Shown here: in pieces, positions 50,478 to 59,241 of the stretch
How the letters are laid out: every line of letters begins with the position of its first letter
Numbering within the stretch: position 1 is the first letter of the stretch
From: Candidatus Poseidoniaceae archaeon
GTDB taxonomy: Archaea; Thermoplasmatota; Poseidoniia; Poseidoniales; Poseidoniaceae
Direction: 5' to 3'
Assembly: GCA_030747695.1 (NCBI GenBank)
Contig: JASLKG010000004.1
Coordinates: 73,184 to 137,183, forward strand
DNA length: 64,000 nucleotides
Notes under the pieces: generated by a model
Told to the model about the DNA's origin: nothing
Databases searched by the model: none
Seen by the model: the letters and a program-made list of their open reading frames with translations, nothing else
Translations under genes and position numbers: made by a program

Positions 50478-51565
50478 TGCAGGCAGTGATGGCTTTTAGT
50501 GGGGGAATGGATTCTACCAGTTTACTACTGCGACTACTCGCTGATGGCTATGAGGTGAGTTGCCTATCATATGAATATGGTCAAAAACACAACGTTGAAT
50601 TAGAAAGAGCAAAGGCCAATATTTCTTATCTAAAATTAAACGGAATAGAAGTTGAACACAAAATTGCTGATTTATCTTCTGCCATGAGTATTTTTCATTC
50701 TGCACTTACTGATGAAAATATTGAAATTCCTGAAGGTCACTATGAAGCTGAACAAATGAAATCAACAGTTGTACCAAATCGCAATGCAATTTTTTCTTCG
50801 ATTCTTTATGGATATGGGCTATCTGTGGCTCTTAAGAGTGGTGAGAATGTAATAATAGCATTAGGAGTTCACTCTGGTGATCACGCAATTTATCCTGATT
50901 GCCGACCTGAATTCTATGAGTCTATTGGAAAATCATTTGCACTTGGAAATTGGGAGAGTGAATCAGTATCATTCCATCTACCATATATCGATGGCAGTAA
51001 GGAAACAATATTACGCGATGCTCTAGATGCTTGTGAGATTTTAAAATTAGACTTTGATACTGTTTTTTCAAACACTAATACATCATATAATCCTGACAAA
51101 GAAGGAAGATCTAGTGGAACAAGCGGTGCTGATATTGAGAGAATTCTTGCTTTCCATGCAATCGGCAGGGCAGATCCCGTTGAATATGTAACCACGTGGG
51201 ATGATGTTTTAGAAGGGGCATTAAAGGCAGAACTAAGGCACCATGTCATGAAAGAAAGTGGAACAGAACGTGCTTTCACTGGAGAATATGACAAACATTT
51301 TGAAGTTGGTACATACTATTGTTATGATTGTGGAAAACCACTATTTGATTCCACGTCTAAGTTTGATTCAGGTTGTGGTTGGCCTGCTTTTAATTCGGAA
51401 TTAGTAGATGCAAATATTGCAAAATCAACAGATAATAGCCATGGAATGAGTCGAATAGAGTTGCGATGTTCGCAATGCGATTCACATTTGGGACATTTGT
51501 TCCAGGAAAATAGAGGACTTAGATATTGTATAAATTCAGTATGTTTAGATTTTAAGGAGAATTAA
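50477..51565 (+). CDS. queC: QueC-like PP-loop ATPase (7-cyano-7-deazaguanine synthase) fused to a C-terminal MsrB (SelR) domain
   Basis: The N-terminal part has AFSGGMDST, VPNRNAIF and HSGDHAIYPDCRPEF. The C-terminal 130 aa have GTYYCYDCGKPLF, GCGWPAF, RCSQCDSHLGHLF and RYCINS. The reading frame is single and uninterrupted, with a TAATG junction to queE. Confidence 0.85.
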   Translation: MQAVMAFSGGMDSTSLLLRLLADGYEVSCLSYEYGQKHNVELERAKANISYLKLNGIEVEHKIADLSSAMSIFHSALTDENIEIPEGHYEAEQMKSTVVPNRNAIFSSILYGYGLSVALKSGENVIIALGVHSGDHAIYPDCRPEFYESIGKSFALGNWESESVSFHLPYIDGSKETILRDALDACEILKLDFDTVFSNTNTSYNPDKEGRSSGTSGADIERILAFHAIGRADPVEYVTTWDDVLEGALKAELRHHVMKESGTERAFTGEYDKHFEVGTYYCYDCGKPLFDSTSKFDSGCGWPAFNSELVDANIAKSTDNSHGMSRIELRCSQCDSHLGHLFQENRGLRYCINSVCLDFKEN

Positions 51566-51567
51566 TT

Positions 51568-52017
51568 ATGACAACAAGTATACGAAGATATGTTGAAACT
51601 GATACCGGGCATAGAGTTCCAAATCATAAATCAAAATGTAGCCACATGCATGGGCATAGGTACCGATTTGAAGCTGAAATAGAAGGAGATGTTGTTGATT
51701 TTGAGGGTGCTTCAGAAGAAGGAATGATAATTGATTTTTCAGATGTTTCTACAATACTCAAGGAACATATTCATGATATTATTGATCATGCATTTGTGAT
51801 ATACGAGCGTGATGATTTACTCGTCAATCTGTTTAAGCAACTGCCAGAGAATCACCGTATTGTAATTGTTCCATTCATACCAACTGCAGAAAATCTTGCT
51901 AAATGGGCTTTCGAGCAGGTCAAACCGCACCTAAAAACTACTTATGGAAATAACTTGAAACTAGTAGCAATGCACGTTAGAGAGACGCCTAAGAGTTGGG
52001 CTTGTTGGAAGGAATGA
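51568..52017 (+). CDS. queD: 6-carboxytetrahydropterin synthase QueD (PTPS family)
   Basis: The CSHMHGHRY zinc/His motif, and the DHAF motif. Confidence 0.88.
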   Translation: MTTSIRRYVETDTGHRVPNHKSKCSHMHGHRYRFEAEIEGDVVDFEGASEEGMIIDFSDVSTILKEHIHDIIDHAFVIYERDDLLVNLFKQLPENHRIVIVPFIPTAENLAKWAFEQVKPHLKTTYGNNLKLVAMHVRETPKSWACWKE

Positions 52018-52813
52018 CACGTTTTCTTCTATCTTTATGCCACATTTCATCACCGCTTAACTTCTGCAACGCTGTTGTTGCTTGAATTAAAGCCCCAATT
52101 AAGCGCTCTGCTTCTGTATCCATTGGTAGTCCACGCATTATTACACGGTCAATAACATCAGAAAATAGATCTGATTTCTCAGTATCAAGTGATTGAGCAA
52201 ATTCATTTATTGATTGCTTCAATATTTTGCGTAGTTCTGGTGCTAATGTTCGATTTTTTTCGACACCCAATACTCTTTTTCCAAAAATTACTCTATCTCT
52301 ATGCAATTCATAAACACAATGACCGACTGCCTGTGACAAATTTGTAATTGGATATCCTTCCCAAGTTGGTAATGTCAAGAGTAGGTCACATTTTTCTAGA
52401 TCTTCAGTAGACAGACCTTTACCTTCTTCTCCAAAAATTAAGGAAATATTACCTTCGAAAGTTCGAGCTTTTTCAGCAAATTCCCAAGGTAGAATGAAAT
52501 GACGGAACAAAATTTTGCTACCAACTTCGCGCTTGCCACTTGTTCCAACTACCATTGAAGATTCTGAAACTGCTTCTTCAAGTGTTTGAACGATTCTTGC
52601 TGAGTCGAGAATTATTCCAGCATGCTTTGCTCTATTTCTGGCAATCTCATCATCAACCGAACATTGTGGATTTACTAGAATTAGTCTATCATATCCATGA
52701 TTTAGCATTGCCCTACAAATCGCTCCTAAATTCCCAGGATGATTGATGCCGACCAATACGATATCTAAATTATAACTAGAAGATGGTAGGGAGACATCAA
52801 GCCTATCTCCCAT
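51989..52813 (-). CDS. SpoU/TrmH-family RNA 2'-O-methyltransferase (TrmJ-like)
   Basis: VGINHPGNLGAICRAMLNHG, IFGEEGKGL and PITNLSQAV motifs. ATG at 52813 shares 1 nt with the upstream stop (TAATG). Confidence 0.8.
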   Translation of the reverse strand: MGDRLDVSLPSSSYNLDIVLVGINHPGNLGAICRAMLNHGYDRLILVNPQCSVDDEIARNRAKHAGIILDSARIVQTLEEAVSESSMVVGTSGKREVGSKILFRHFILPWEFAEKARTFEGNISLIFGEEGKGLSTEDLEKCDLLLTLPTWEGYPITNLSQAVGHCVYELHRDRVIFGKRVLGVEKNRTLAPELRKILKQSINEFAQSLDTEKSDLFSDVIDRVIMRGLPMDTEAERLIGALIQATTALQKLSGDEMWHKDRRKRVIPSNKPNS

Positions 52814-53016
52814 TACATTACCTCCGTTATCCATCTTGGATCGCAAGGCGCATATAGGAAAAATACTGCTTCCTCTTCATTTTCTCTATCTGGCATTATT
52901 AGCGAGTGCTTACGCATGTTGTACTTAGTCCTCAAATGTTGAATGAGTTTCTCTAATTCAAGCTTTGAACCATGAACACTTACTGGTGTACGCTCCCAGG
53001 CGACACGTATCGCCAT
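52813..53016 (-). CDS. Conserved-looking 67-aa hypothetical protein between rps17e and the trmJ-like gene
   Basis: Compact same-strand placement, with a TAATG junction to the downstream gene. No family recognised. Confidence 0.45.
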   Translation of the reverse strand: MAIRVAWERTPVSVHGSKLELEKLIQHLRTKYNMRKHSLIMPDRENEEEAVFFLYAPCDPRWITEVM

Positions 53017-53025
53017 TATGAAGCC

Positions 53026-53217
53026 TCAATCAGTACGACGTTGACGATAACGAGTTACGTATCCTGCTATCCAGTTACGTAACTTCTTAGATTCAACATC
53101 AGTCAACTCCGCGACCACTTTTTTGTTGTGATCAAAATCATCAGTAAATTTCTCACCGTGTTCTTCACACAAAATTATTGCACGTAATTTGATAAAAGTA
53201 GGACGAATATTACCCAT
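53026..53217 (-). CDS. rps17e: Ribosomal protein eS17
   Basis: [10 protein letters not shown] ... [19 protein letters not shown] lies 7 nt upstream of the ATG at 53217. Confidence 0.9.
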   Translation of the reverse strand: MGNIRPTFIKLRAIILCEEHGEKFTDDFDHNKKVVAELTDVESKKLRNWIAGYVTRYRQRRTD

Positions 53218-53219
53218 TT

Positions 53220-53495
53220 TCACTCCTCCATTAACTTCACTTCAATAGGAATATCTGGCTCATCGTGACGAGTTACTTGTAATCTAATCTTACGTGGTGG
53301 ATTTTCAATTCCACGCTCCCAAATCTTTTCATTAACCGCCGGATCAATCCAGACTTCTTCATCCTCAGCAACCTTCAGATGCTTGACTACTTCATTCTTG
53401 ATAATTTGAACAGCACGTGGTGCTCTCTTGTAACGCGTAATACTCCATGCCTTCCTCAAAGGTACTATTAATTCACTGACTGCTGCGCGTACCAT
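53220..53495 (-). CDS. rpl31e: Ribosomal protein eL31
   Basis: [54 protein letters not shown] lies upstream of the ATG at 53495. Confidence 0.9.
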   Translation of the reverse strand: MVRAAVSELIVPLRKAWSITRYKRAPRAVQIIKNEVVKHLKVAEDEEVWIDPAVNEKIWERGIENPPRKIRLQVTRHDEPDIPIEVKLMEE

Positions 53496-53500
53496 GATTT

Positions 53501-53656
53501 TCACCTCTGTAATTTACTGCGTCTCCAATGATGGCGCTTAGGATGTGAAACAGTGTTTCGACTTGTTTTCATCATTACCCAAACTGGAACACGACGATTC
53601 TGTTTTCCAACTTTTAACAAGCGAATCTTCTTTGCTGCAGGTTTATTTCTTGCCAT
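53501..53656 (-). CDS. rpl39e: Ribosomal protein eL39 (51 aa, below the ORF-track cutoff)
   Basis: Hand translation gives [51 protein letters not shown]. Confidence 0.92.
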   Translation of the reverse strand: MARNKPAAKKIRLLKVGKQNRRVPVWVMMKTSRNTVSHPKRHHWRRSKLQR

Positions 53657-53665
53657 ATTAACACC

Positions 53666-54025
53666 TCAAATTCTTCGAATATTTGTTTCGCGGCGGTTTT
53701 CTTGTAAACCTGATAAAATTCTCTTTAATTGCATATCACCAACTGGGGTTGCAATTCGATTATCACCTGATAATTTTGCTAAATGTGATTTTACTCTAGT
53801 CGCTAATTCATTGTTTACCATATTCAAATTTGCTAACCTAGAGCGTGCTTCTGGAGTCAATATCAACTTCATCGCATTGTCTAATGCTGCTATTGCTTGT
53901 GCTTCGGCTTGTGCTTCTATTTCTGCATCAGCTTGTGCTGCAACCTGTTCTTCCATTTGTGACTGGAGTTGGGCCATACGTTGTGCACGTATGTTGGCCA
54001 ATTCATCATCACCAGAAATAGACAT
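53666..54025 (-). CDS. PDCD5/TFAR19-like double-stranded DNA-binding protein (PF01984)
   Basis: ELANIRAQRMAQLQ ... ILTPEARSRLANL ... conserved position between rps19e and rpl39e. GAGGGTG precedes the ATG at 54025. Confidence 0.8.
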   Translation of the reverse strand: MSISGDDELANIRAQRMAQLQSQMEEQVAAQADAEIEAQAEAQAIAALDNAMKLILTPEARSRLANLNMVNNELATRVKSHLAKLSGDNRIATPVGDMQLKRILSGLQENRRETNIRRI

Positions 54026-54048
54026 TACAGACACCCTCTCACTTCCAA

Positions 54049-54540
54049 TTAATACTTTGATAAACCTGGATATTTTTCTTCAGCAGCGCCACGAACAGAG
54101 TGTGCTACTTCATCCAATAACTTCTGTCCTGCAGCAGTTATAGAACGTCCAGCATACAATTTTTGATCGCCATCGACTGACTGCACTGTTTTGGTTTCCT
54201 TCATTTGCAGCAAACCAGCTTCTGTTAATTGTTGCAATGCAGTACGAATAATGTGGCGGCTTCCCATTACAGGTGTATAGGGGTTAGAACCATTGTCCTT
54301 CTTCCCACCATAGAGTTGTGCTAGTGCACTTACACCTATTGGACCCTTACGCGCAACTTTACGTAGAATTGCTGCGCAACGAATTTCCCACCAATTATCT
54401 TGGGTTGGTGGTTTTTCACGGTGAACGCCTGTCTTGACAAAATCCGCCCAATCGGGTCTAGATATCTCATCAACATTAGCAAGCATATCTGCTAGGGCAG
54501 GGTTCAGCAAGTCTGCGGGAACATCATATGACGTCGTCAT
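54049..54540 (-). CDS. rps19e: Ribosomal protein eS19
   Basis: SYDVPADLL, PDWADFVKTGVHREKPP, NWWEIRCAAILRKV and YGG motifs. Confidence 0.9.
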   Translation of the reverse strand: MTTSYDVPADLLNPALADMLANVDEISRPDWADFVKTGVHREKPPTQDNWWEIRCAAILRKVARKGPIGVSALAQLYGGKKDNGSNPYTPVMGSRHIIRTALQQLTEAGLLQMKETKTVQSVDGDQKLYAGRSITAAGQKLLDEVAHSVRGAAEEKYPGLSKY

Positions 54541-54679
54541 CTCAACACCAAGCAACCTGCCGACTTTAACCCTCTATATCAAGGACACTGTTGAGAGGGT
54601 ATTTTTCACACTGTAAAAATAGGGTACTGCGGACCTAGTATGGCAGGGTTCATCAATACCTTATGATTGGCCCACAATT

Positions 54680-55492
54680 ATGAAGAAGGCTTTGGCCCAG
54701 AATCCCAATCTCTTGCGGACTTTGATCGGTCTTGGTTTGACGCTCATTTTACTGCTAGCATATGCCGTATATGGAGCCACAGTAAGCCCGTCATACTACA
54801 TTTATGAATCGCATTCGATTGAAAACGAAGTAGAACTTGGTGATCCTGATCGATTCTATGATGAAGAAGAAAATAAAACTACGTGGACATGGGACTCTAA
54901 CTTAAATGGAACTAATCTAACATGGGTTAATTTAAGTGGCACACAACTGGTAATTGGTGCAACTATGACAATTTCAAATGCTGGTGGTTTCTATGGGCAC
55001 CGTGATTTAGGAAATCCGGATGCTGAAAAGTTTTCTTGCGAAACTGAGTGCTCTAATTTAACTGCCCATAGCACGTTAATTGATTCCACGCAAGAAGGTG
55101 AAATCATACTACTAACAAGTCCTAATCCGGCAATACGTGGGAAGGGTGCTGTATATGCTGATGATTTAGTTGAAGCTGAAAAAAAGTCTAGAGACATCAT
55201 TTCCAATATTCATACACCAATAAGCGTGAAAATTACAATAATTGAGAATGGCAGTAGGAATGTTTCACCGTCTGTAAACCTCACGCAAGTCAATGAAGAA
55301 TTTAGTGACGTAACACAATTTGAAGTTGATACGGCGACAGAATTTATGTGGGCTCTAGCAGCTGTAATTGGATGTTTCAGTATGGTACTTGTTCCATCAT
55401 TTACCCTGTATATCGCTGCACGTGCAAAGCAAAAAAGAACTGAAATAAAAATGGAAAGAGCAACTATTTCATTGGGGATTAGCGAAGAATAG
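54680..55492 (+). CDS. Type-I-like membrane protein (N-terminal TM/signal, Asn-rich ectodomain, C-terminal TM)
   Basis: LLRTLIGLGLTLILLLAYAVYG at the N-terminus, FMWALAAVIGCFSMVLVPSFTLYIAA at the C-terminus, and several N-x-S/T sequons. Confidence 0.6.
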   Translation: MKKALAQNPNLLRTLIGLGLTLILLLAYAVYGATVSPSYYIYESHSIENEVELGDPDRFYDEEENKTTWTWDSNLNGTNLTWVNLSGTQLVIGATMTISNAGGFYGHRDLGNPDAEKFSCETECSNLTAHSTLIDSTQEGEIILLTSPNPAIRGKGAVYADDLVEAEKKSRDIISNIHTPISVKITIIENGSRNVSPSVNLTQVNEEFSDVTQFEVDTATEFMWALAAVIGCFSMVLVPSFTLYIAARAKQKRTEIKMERATISLGISEE

Positions 55493-55541
55493 GTACGTCG
55501 AAGGTGTCATATTTGTCGATGATACGTGTACACTGAGGCGC

Positions 55542-58500
55542 ATGAGTAGAGTTACTGTATTTGTTCTGCTCGCGCTGCTAATTCCAATTGCTGCACCCTA
55601 TGCTGAAGCTACTGCCGGACGAGCAGTAAATATTGACTTAACTCCAGGTGATGTTTCAATAACATATCCAGATACAACAAATCAATCACTGTACCAAATG
55701 TTTTCTTCCAATTATCCAATAGCTCAATTTGACAAACCACAGGAACTTTATGTCACAGATGGTGTTGTCGGCGTTGAGATGAATATCAACATAATAATAT
55801 CTAATCAGGGAAGTTCTCAATCTGGATTTGTTGATGTTACGATTAATGTTCTGCATAATGAATACGCACGGTTTGAGTTACTAAATACCACTAAAACCAT
55901 TAGCCCAATTTCAGGTTCATCATCATCATCTGTCGACATCTTATGGACGCCATATTATTCAGGAAATCATACGTTACAAATATCAGTATCAAACTCTAAT
56001 GGTGATGATGATCAATCAAATAATCAAAAATCTAGACATTTGACTGTTGCCTACTTGTATGATAATTGCATTGATATGTCGCAATGGACAAGTAATGGAG
56101 ATTGGAAGGTTAATTCTGATGCATACATTTCCCAATCTAATTCATTTCACGTAGGCAATGGACAATTTTCTTCTTATTCCGGATCATCGATTTCAACTCT
56201 GACTAGTCCTGTTTTCAATGTAGCAGATGATGTTAGTGGACACAATTCTGCAATTGGATACTCATTTTTCTACACGGGAGGTGCTGGTTCCGGAGATCAA
56301 ATGAAGGGACATATCAAAGACAATATGGGTAATTGGGATGAAACATTTACAATGCAAAATGTTGTTGATAATAACTTTCAAGATGGAATCAGTTGGCAAA
56401 CATTTTCTGCCACATTTAACGGCAGAAATTCACCATTAATTCCAGTTGATAATTCGCATTTTCATTCATCAACACAAATTAGATTTACATTTACATCTGA
56501 TGCTGTAAATTCAGATATTGGATATTGGATTGATGATATTGTAATTATTTATGATCAAGCCGCGCGTAAGAGTGAATACAACGTTGGCCTTTCAGGTGTA
56601 AGTGTAATGGGTGGTTTGCCTGGGGACTGGTCAACAACACGCCTCGAAGTGGCAAATATTGGAAATATTTCGGCTAGATATTCCCCTTCAGTTGAAGGAA
56701 TACCGAGCAATTGGCAACACTATTTTGCAAACCCTAATGGTGCAAGTATTGGTTCTTCAGGTCTTGAATTAATGCCAGGAGAGTCTCGTGAATTTGACTT
56801 GCATGTCATGATTGATGAAAATTCGACACAGGGAAATATTCCTGTCATGGTAAATATGACTTCAAATCTCTTCAATGATATAACTGATAGTGTACAAACT
56901 AATATCAAAGTTTTACCTGATCGTATTCCAAATATTGTTGTGCCTGAATTCACTCCAAGGTGTCGACCTGGTTTGACTTGTGCATTTTCGATAGAAGTGC
57001 AAAATATTGGTGAAGCAACAGATGTTTTCTCACTTTCACTCGAAGATAAAAACGTGCCATTGGGTTGGGCCATAGATTTTTCATTTAATCAATCAACACA
57101 GGTACTAGTAAGGACTGACTCTCCTGCAGATGTATGGTTCACGGTAACTGTTCCCGAAGGTGTTGAAGCAGATACTACTGCCGAGGTTTGGTTTACTGCA
57201 ACAAGCACCAATAATTCATTACGACTTGATACAAGAGCAATCGAAGTAGCTGCTGCGATAATTAGTAATGCTGAAATTGTGGTTCATGAGCAATTCCAAG
57301 GTATAATTGACATAGATGCTGGTTCAAGTAAGGATATTTCCTTCACCATTTGGAATAATGCATCGAGATTAGATATATTCCAACCACAATTGGATTTTAC
57401 CGAAGTGACAGGATGGAGTGTCGAACTATTATGGAGCCAGGAGTTGGCAATCAATTCAGGTGCACATTCATCCTTTGGGGTCAGAATTACATCTCCTACA
57501 ACTGCGCAAGCTGGTGATAGGGGCCCAATGATTCAACCAAAAGCAACCTCACTTAGATCAGGACAAATAATAGCCGGTGATGGATGGCAAGGGTTGCGGG
57601 TCAATACTGTCAATGATTTATCACTTGAAATTATTGAAGCACCGGTAAAGTTGTCACCAGGTATTGCTAATTTGATTAAGATAAAAGTCACAAATGGTGG
57701 AAATGGCCCTGTTACTGCGATACCTGATTTGCCATGGGCACCAGAATCATGGACATGGTGGGCTCTAAATGAAGGAGAGAATGTAACTGATGGAATTGAT
57801 CTTTCAGTTTCATATGATCTTGAAAATATTAAGGAAATTGATTTTTGGTTACTGCTACCATCATTAGAATCTCCAGGGGAATTTCATGAAATAACTATAT
57901 CGGTTAATCCTGAAAATGGTGCTGATATTTCACCAGAGGACAATGCAATAATGTTTGAAGCATCCACTGAGATTGTAAAAAATCCAAGATTAGATGGATA
58001 TCCGGATGAAGCGGTAGTAAGAACTGGAGATACATACACCTTCAACGCAACCGCATGGAATATTGGAAATGCAGCAGATGCATTTAGCCGTGCAAGATTA
58101 GTAATGAATACATCACCACCGACGCAGTGTGTAATTGGATTTTTATCAACTGATGATGGGCGCTCTACAGATGCTGGATCGTGGCTGAACCTGAACCTGG
58201 GACCAACTAAAAGTGTAGAACTAATTGCTGAAATCCTTATTGGTAAGGATTGCGATTTGAATACTAGAATTTCTATGCGTCTCGAATTTGAAGGCGGGGA
58301 AGATGAATTTGGTAATCAAATACTTAGGTCACTAGATTCACTAATAATGGTTGGTGAACGACGTAATGTAGTTTTGGAAGATGTACCTCGTGATCTTGGA
58401 GACAATATTGACCCAAATACACCGCAATTAATATGGGTAAATTTGACCTCAACCTCAACGCAAATCGAGAATTTGGACATAGAAGCAACAATCCCAGAGG

Positions 58501-59042
58501 GCTGGGGGATACTATGCGACGGCAAGGCACTACATCTTGAAAACGTTCGAATCGAAATGAGTGTTGGCCATATTTCTACACAAAGATACGATTTACGCTG
58601 CGAACTAATGAGAGAATCAGGAGATTGGGAAGGTGAAATATTTATCAAAATCACCAGCACTGATAATGAAATTAATTATAGTGTTAACAGCAAAATTAGT
58701 TGGGATAAACCAACTGTAGAAGATGGATTTTCATCAGTACTTATGGCTGGATTAAGTGCTGCTGGATTTACGGTAATTAGTTTCATAATCATACTTTTTA
58801 TGCGCAGAAAAACAAGCATTGATGATGATGAATATGAAGGGGAAAAATACAATTCTGAACTCGAACAATTACCCACTAGTTCAATGACTTCTGGCCCGCC
58901 AGCAACTGGCCCACCAGCCTCAGCATTTACAGAAGAAGTTGTTACTGATACTGCAATGCTTGAGTATCAAAAACAGTTAGAAGAGTATAATCAGAAAATG
59001 GCTGAATATCAACAGTGGCAAGATTCGCAAGGTTCACAGTAA
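55542..59042 (+). CDS. Giant (1166-aa) cell-surface protein with signal peptide, multiple beta-rich (CARDB/NEW3-like) modules, a C-terminal TM anchor and a short cytoplasmic tail
   Basis: Signal MSRVTVFVLLALLIPIAAPYAEA. Recurrent motifs of the type EVxNxGNxxD (VANIGNISA, VQNIGEATD, VTNGGNGPV, AWNIGNAAD). TM segment VLMAGLSAAGFTVISFIIILFM. Confidence 0.8.
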   Translation: MSRVTVFVLLALLIPIAAPYAEATAGRAVNIDLTPGDVSITYPDTTNQSLYQMFSSNYPIAQFDKPQELYVTDGVVGVEMNINIIISNQGSSQSGFVDVTINVLHNEYARFELLNTTKTISPISGSSSSSVDILWTPYYSGNHTLQISVSNSNGDDDQSNNQKSRHLTVAYLYDNCIDMSQWTSNGDWKVNSDAYISQSNSFHVGNGQFSSYSGSSISTLTSPVFNVADDVSGHNSAIGYSFFYTGGAGSGDQMKGHIKDNMGNWDETFTMQNVVDNNFQDGISWQTFSATFNGRNSPLIPVDNSHFHSSTQIRFTFTSDAVNSDIGYWIDDIVIIYDQAARKSEYNVGLSGVSVMGGLPGDWSTTRLEVANIGNISARYSPSVEGIPSNWQHYFANPNGASIGSSGLELMPGESREFDLHVMIDENSTQGNIPVMVNMTSNLFNDITDSVQTNIKVLPDRIPNIVVPEFTPRCRPGLTCAFSIEVQNIGEATDVFSLSLEDKNVPLGWAIDFSFNQSTQVLVRTDSPADVWFTVTVPEGVEADTTAEVWFTATSTNNSLRLDTRAIEVAAAIISNAEIVVHEQFQGIIDIDAGSSKDISFTIWNNASRLDIFQPQLDFTEVTGWSVELLWSQELAINSGAHSSFGVRITSPTTAQAGDRGPMIQPKATSLRSGQIIAGDGWQGLRVNTVNDLSLEIIEAPVKLSPGIANLIKIKVTNGGNGPVTAIPDLPWAPESWTWWALNEGENVTDGIDLSVSYDLENIKEIDFWLLLPSLESPGEFHEITISVNPENGADISPEDNAIMFEASTEIVKNPRLDGYPDEAVVRTGDTYTFNATAWNIGNAADAFSRARLVMNTSPPTQCVIGFLSTDDGRSTDAGSWLNLNLGPTKSVELIAEILIGKDCDLNTRISMRLEFEGGEDEFGNQILRSLDSLIMVGERRNVVLEDVPRDLGDNIDPNTPQLIWVNLTSTSTQIENLDIEATIPEGWGILCDGKALHLENVRIEMSVGHISTQRYDLRCELMRESGDWEGEIFIKITSTDNEINYSVNSKISWDKPTVEDGFSSVLMAGLSAAGFTVISFIIILFMRRKTSIDDDEYEGEKYNSELEQLPTSSMTSGPPATGPPASAFTEEVVTDTAMLEYQKQLEEYNQKMAEYQQWQDSQGSQ

Positions 59043-59061
59043 GAAACTGATTCGGATAAAT

Positions 59062-59241
59062 ATGTCCGAGTTACCAGTCATGTGGTATCTGCTAATGGCG
59101 CTCGTAGCTATTTTTGGAGTTAGTACATGGTGGTTACATAATTTTTCAGAACATGAAAATCTGAAAAAAATCTCTGCATATAGCGGAATTATATCAATGA
59201 TATCCTTGTTATATCTGACCTGGAGTACTGAGGGGATTTGA
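59062..59241 (+). CDS. 59-aa two-TM membrane protein (below the ORF-track cutoff)
   Basis: Hand translation gives MSELPVMWYLLMALVAIFGVSTWWLHNFSEHENLKKISAYSGIISMISLLYLTWSTEGI. Its stop shares 1 nt with the next ATG (TGATG). Confidence 0.5.
   Translation: MSELPVMWYLLMALVAIFGVSTWWLHNFSEHENLKKISAYSGIISMISLLYLTWSTEGI

Noticed and set aside
53553-54143. 196-aa plus-strand ORF across the ribosomal-protein cluster. Similar long antisense ORFs occur at, for example, 17097-17621, 20230-20871, 15590-16042, 6968-7345 and 43773-44159.
   Set aside because: These ORFs lie opposite genes with unambiguous family signatures (eL39, the PDCD5-like protein, eS19, the DOHH-like gene and others). They have low-complexity or odd composition and no motifs, so they are shadow ORFs of the real coding strand.
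54569-54600. Inverted repeat accctct ... agagggt with an embedded ctatatc between rps19e and the downstream membrane-protein gene, considered as a regulatory element or promoter.
   Set aside because: It plausibly contains the rps19e TATA box, about 35 nt upstream of ATG 54540. The 7-bp arms with a loop of about 18 nt are too weak to call from a single sequence.
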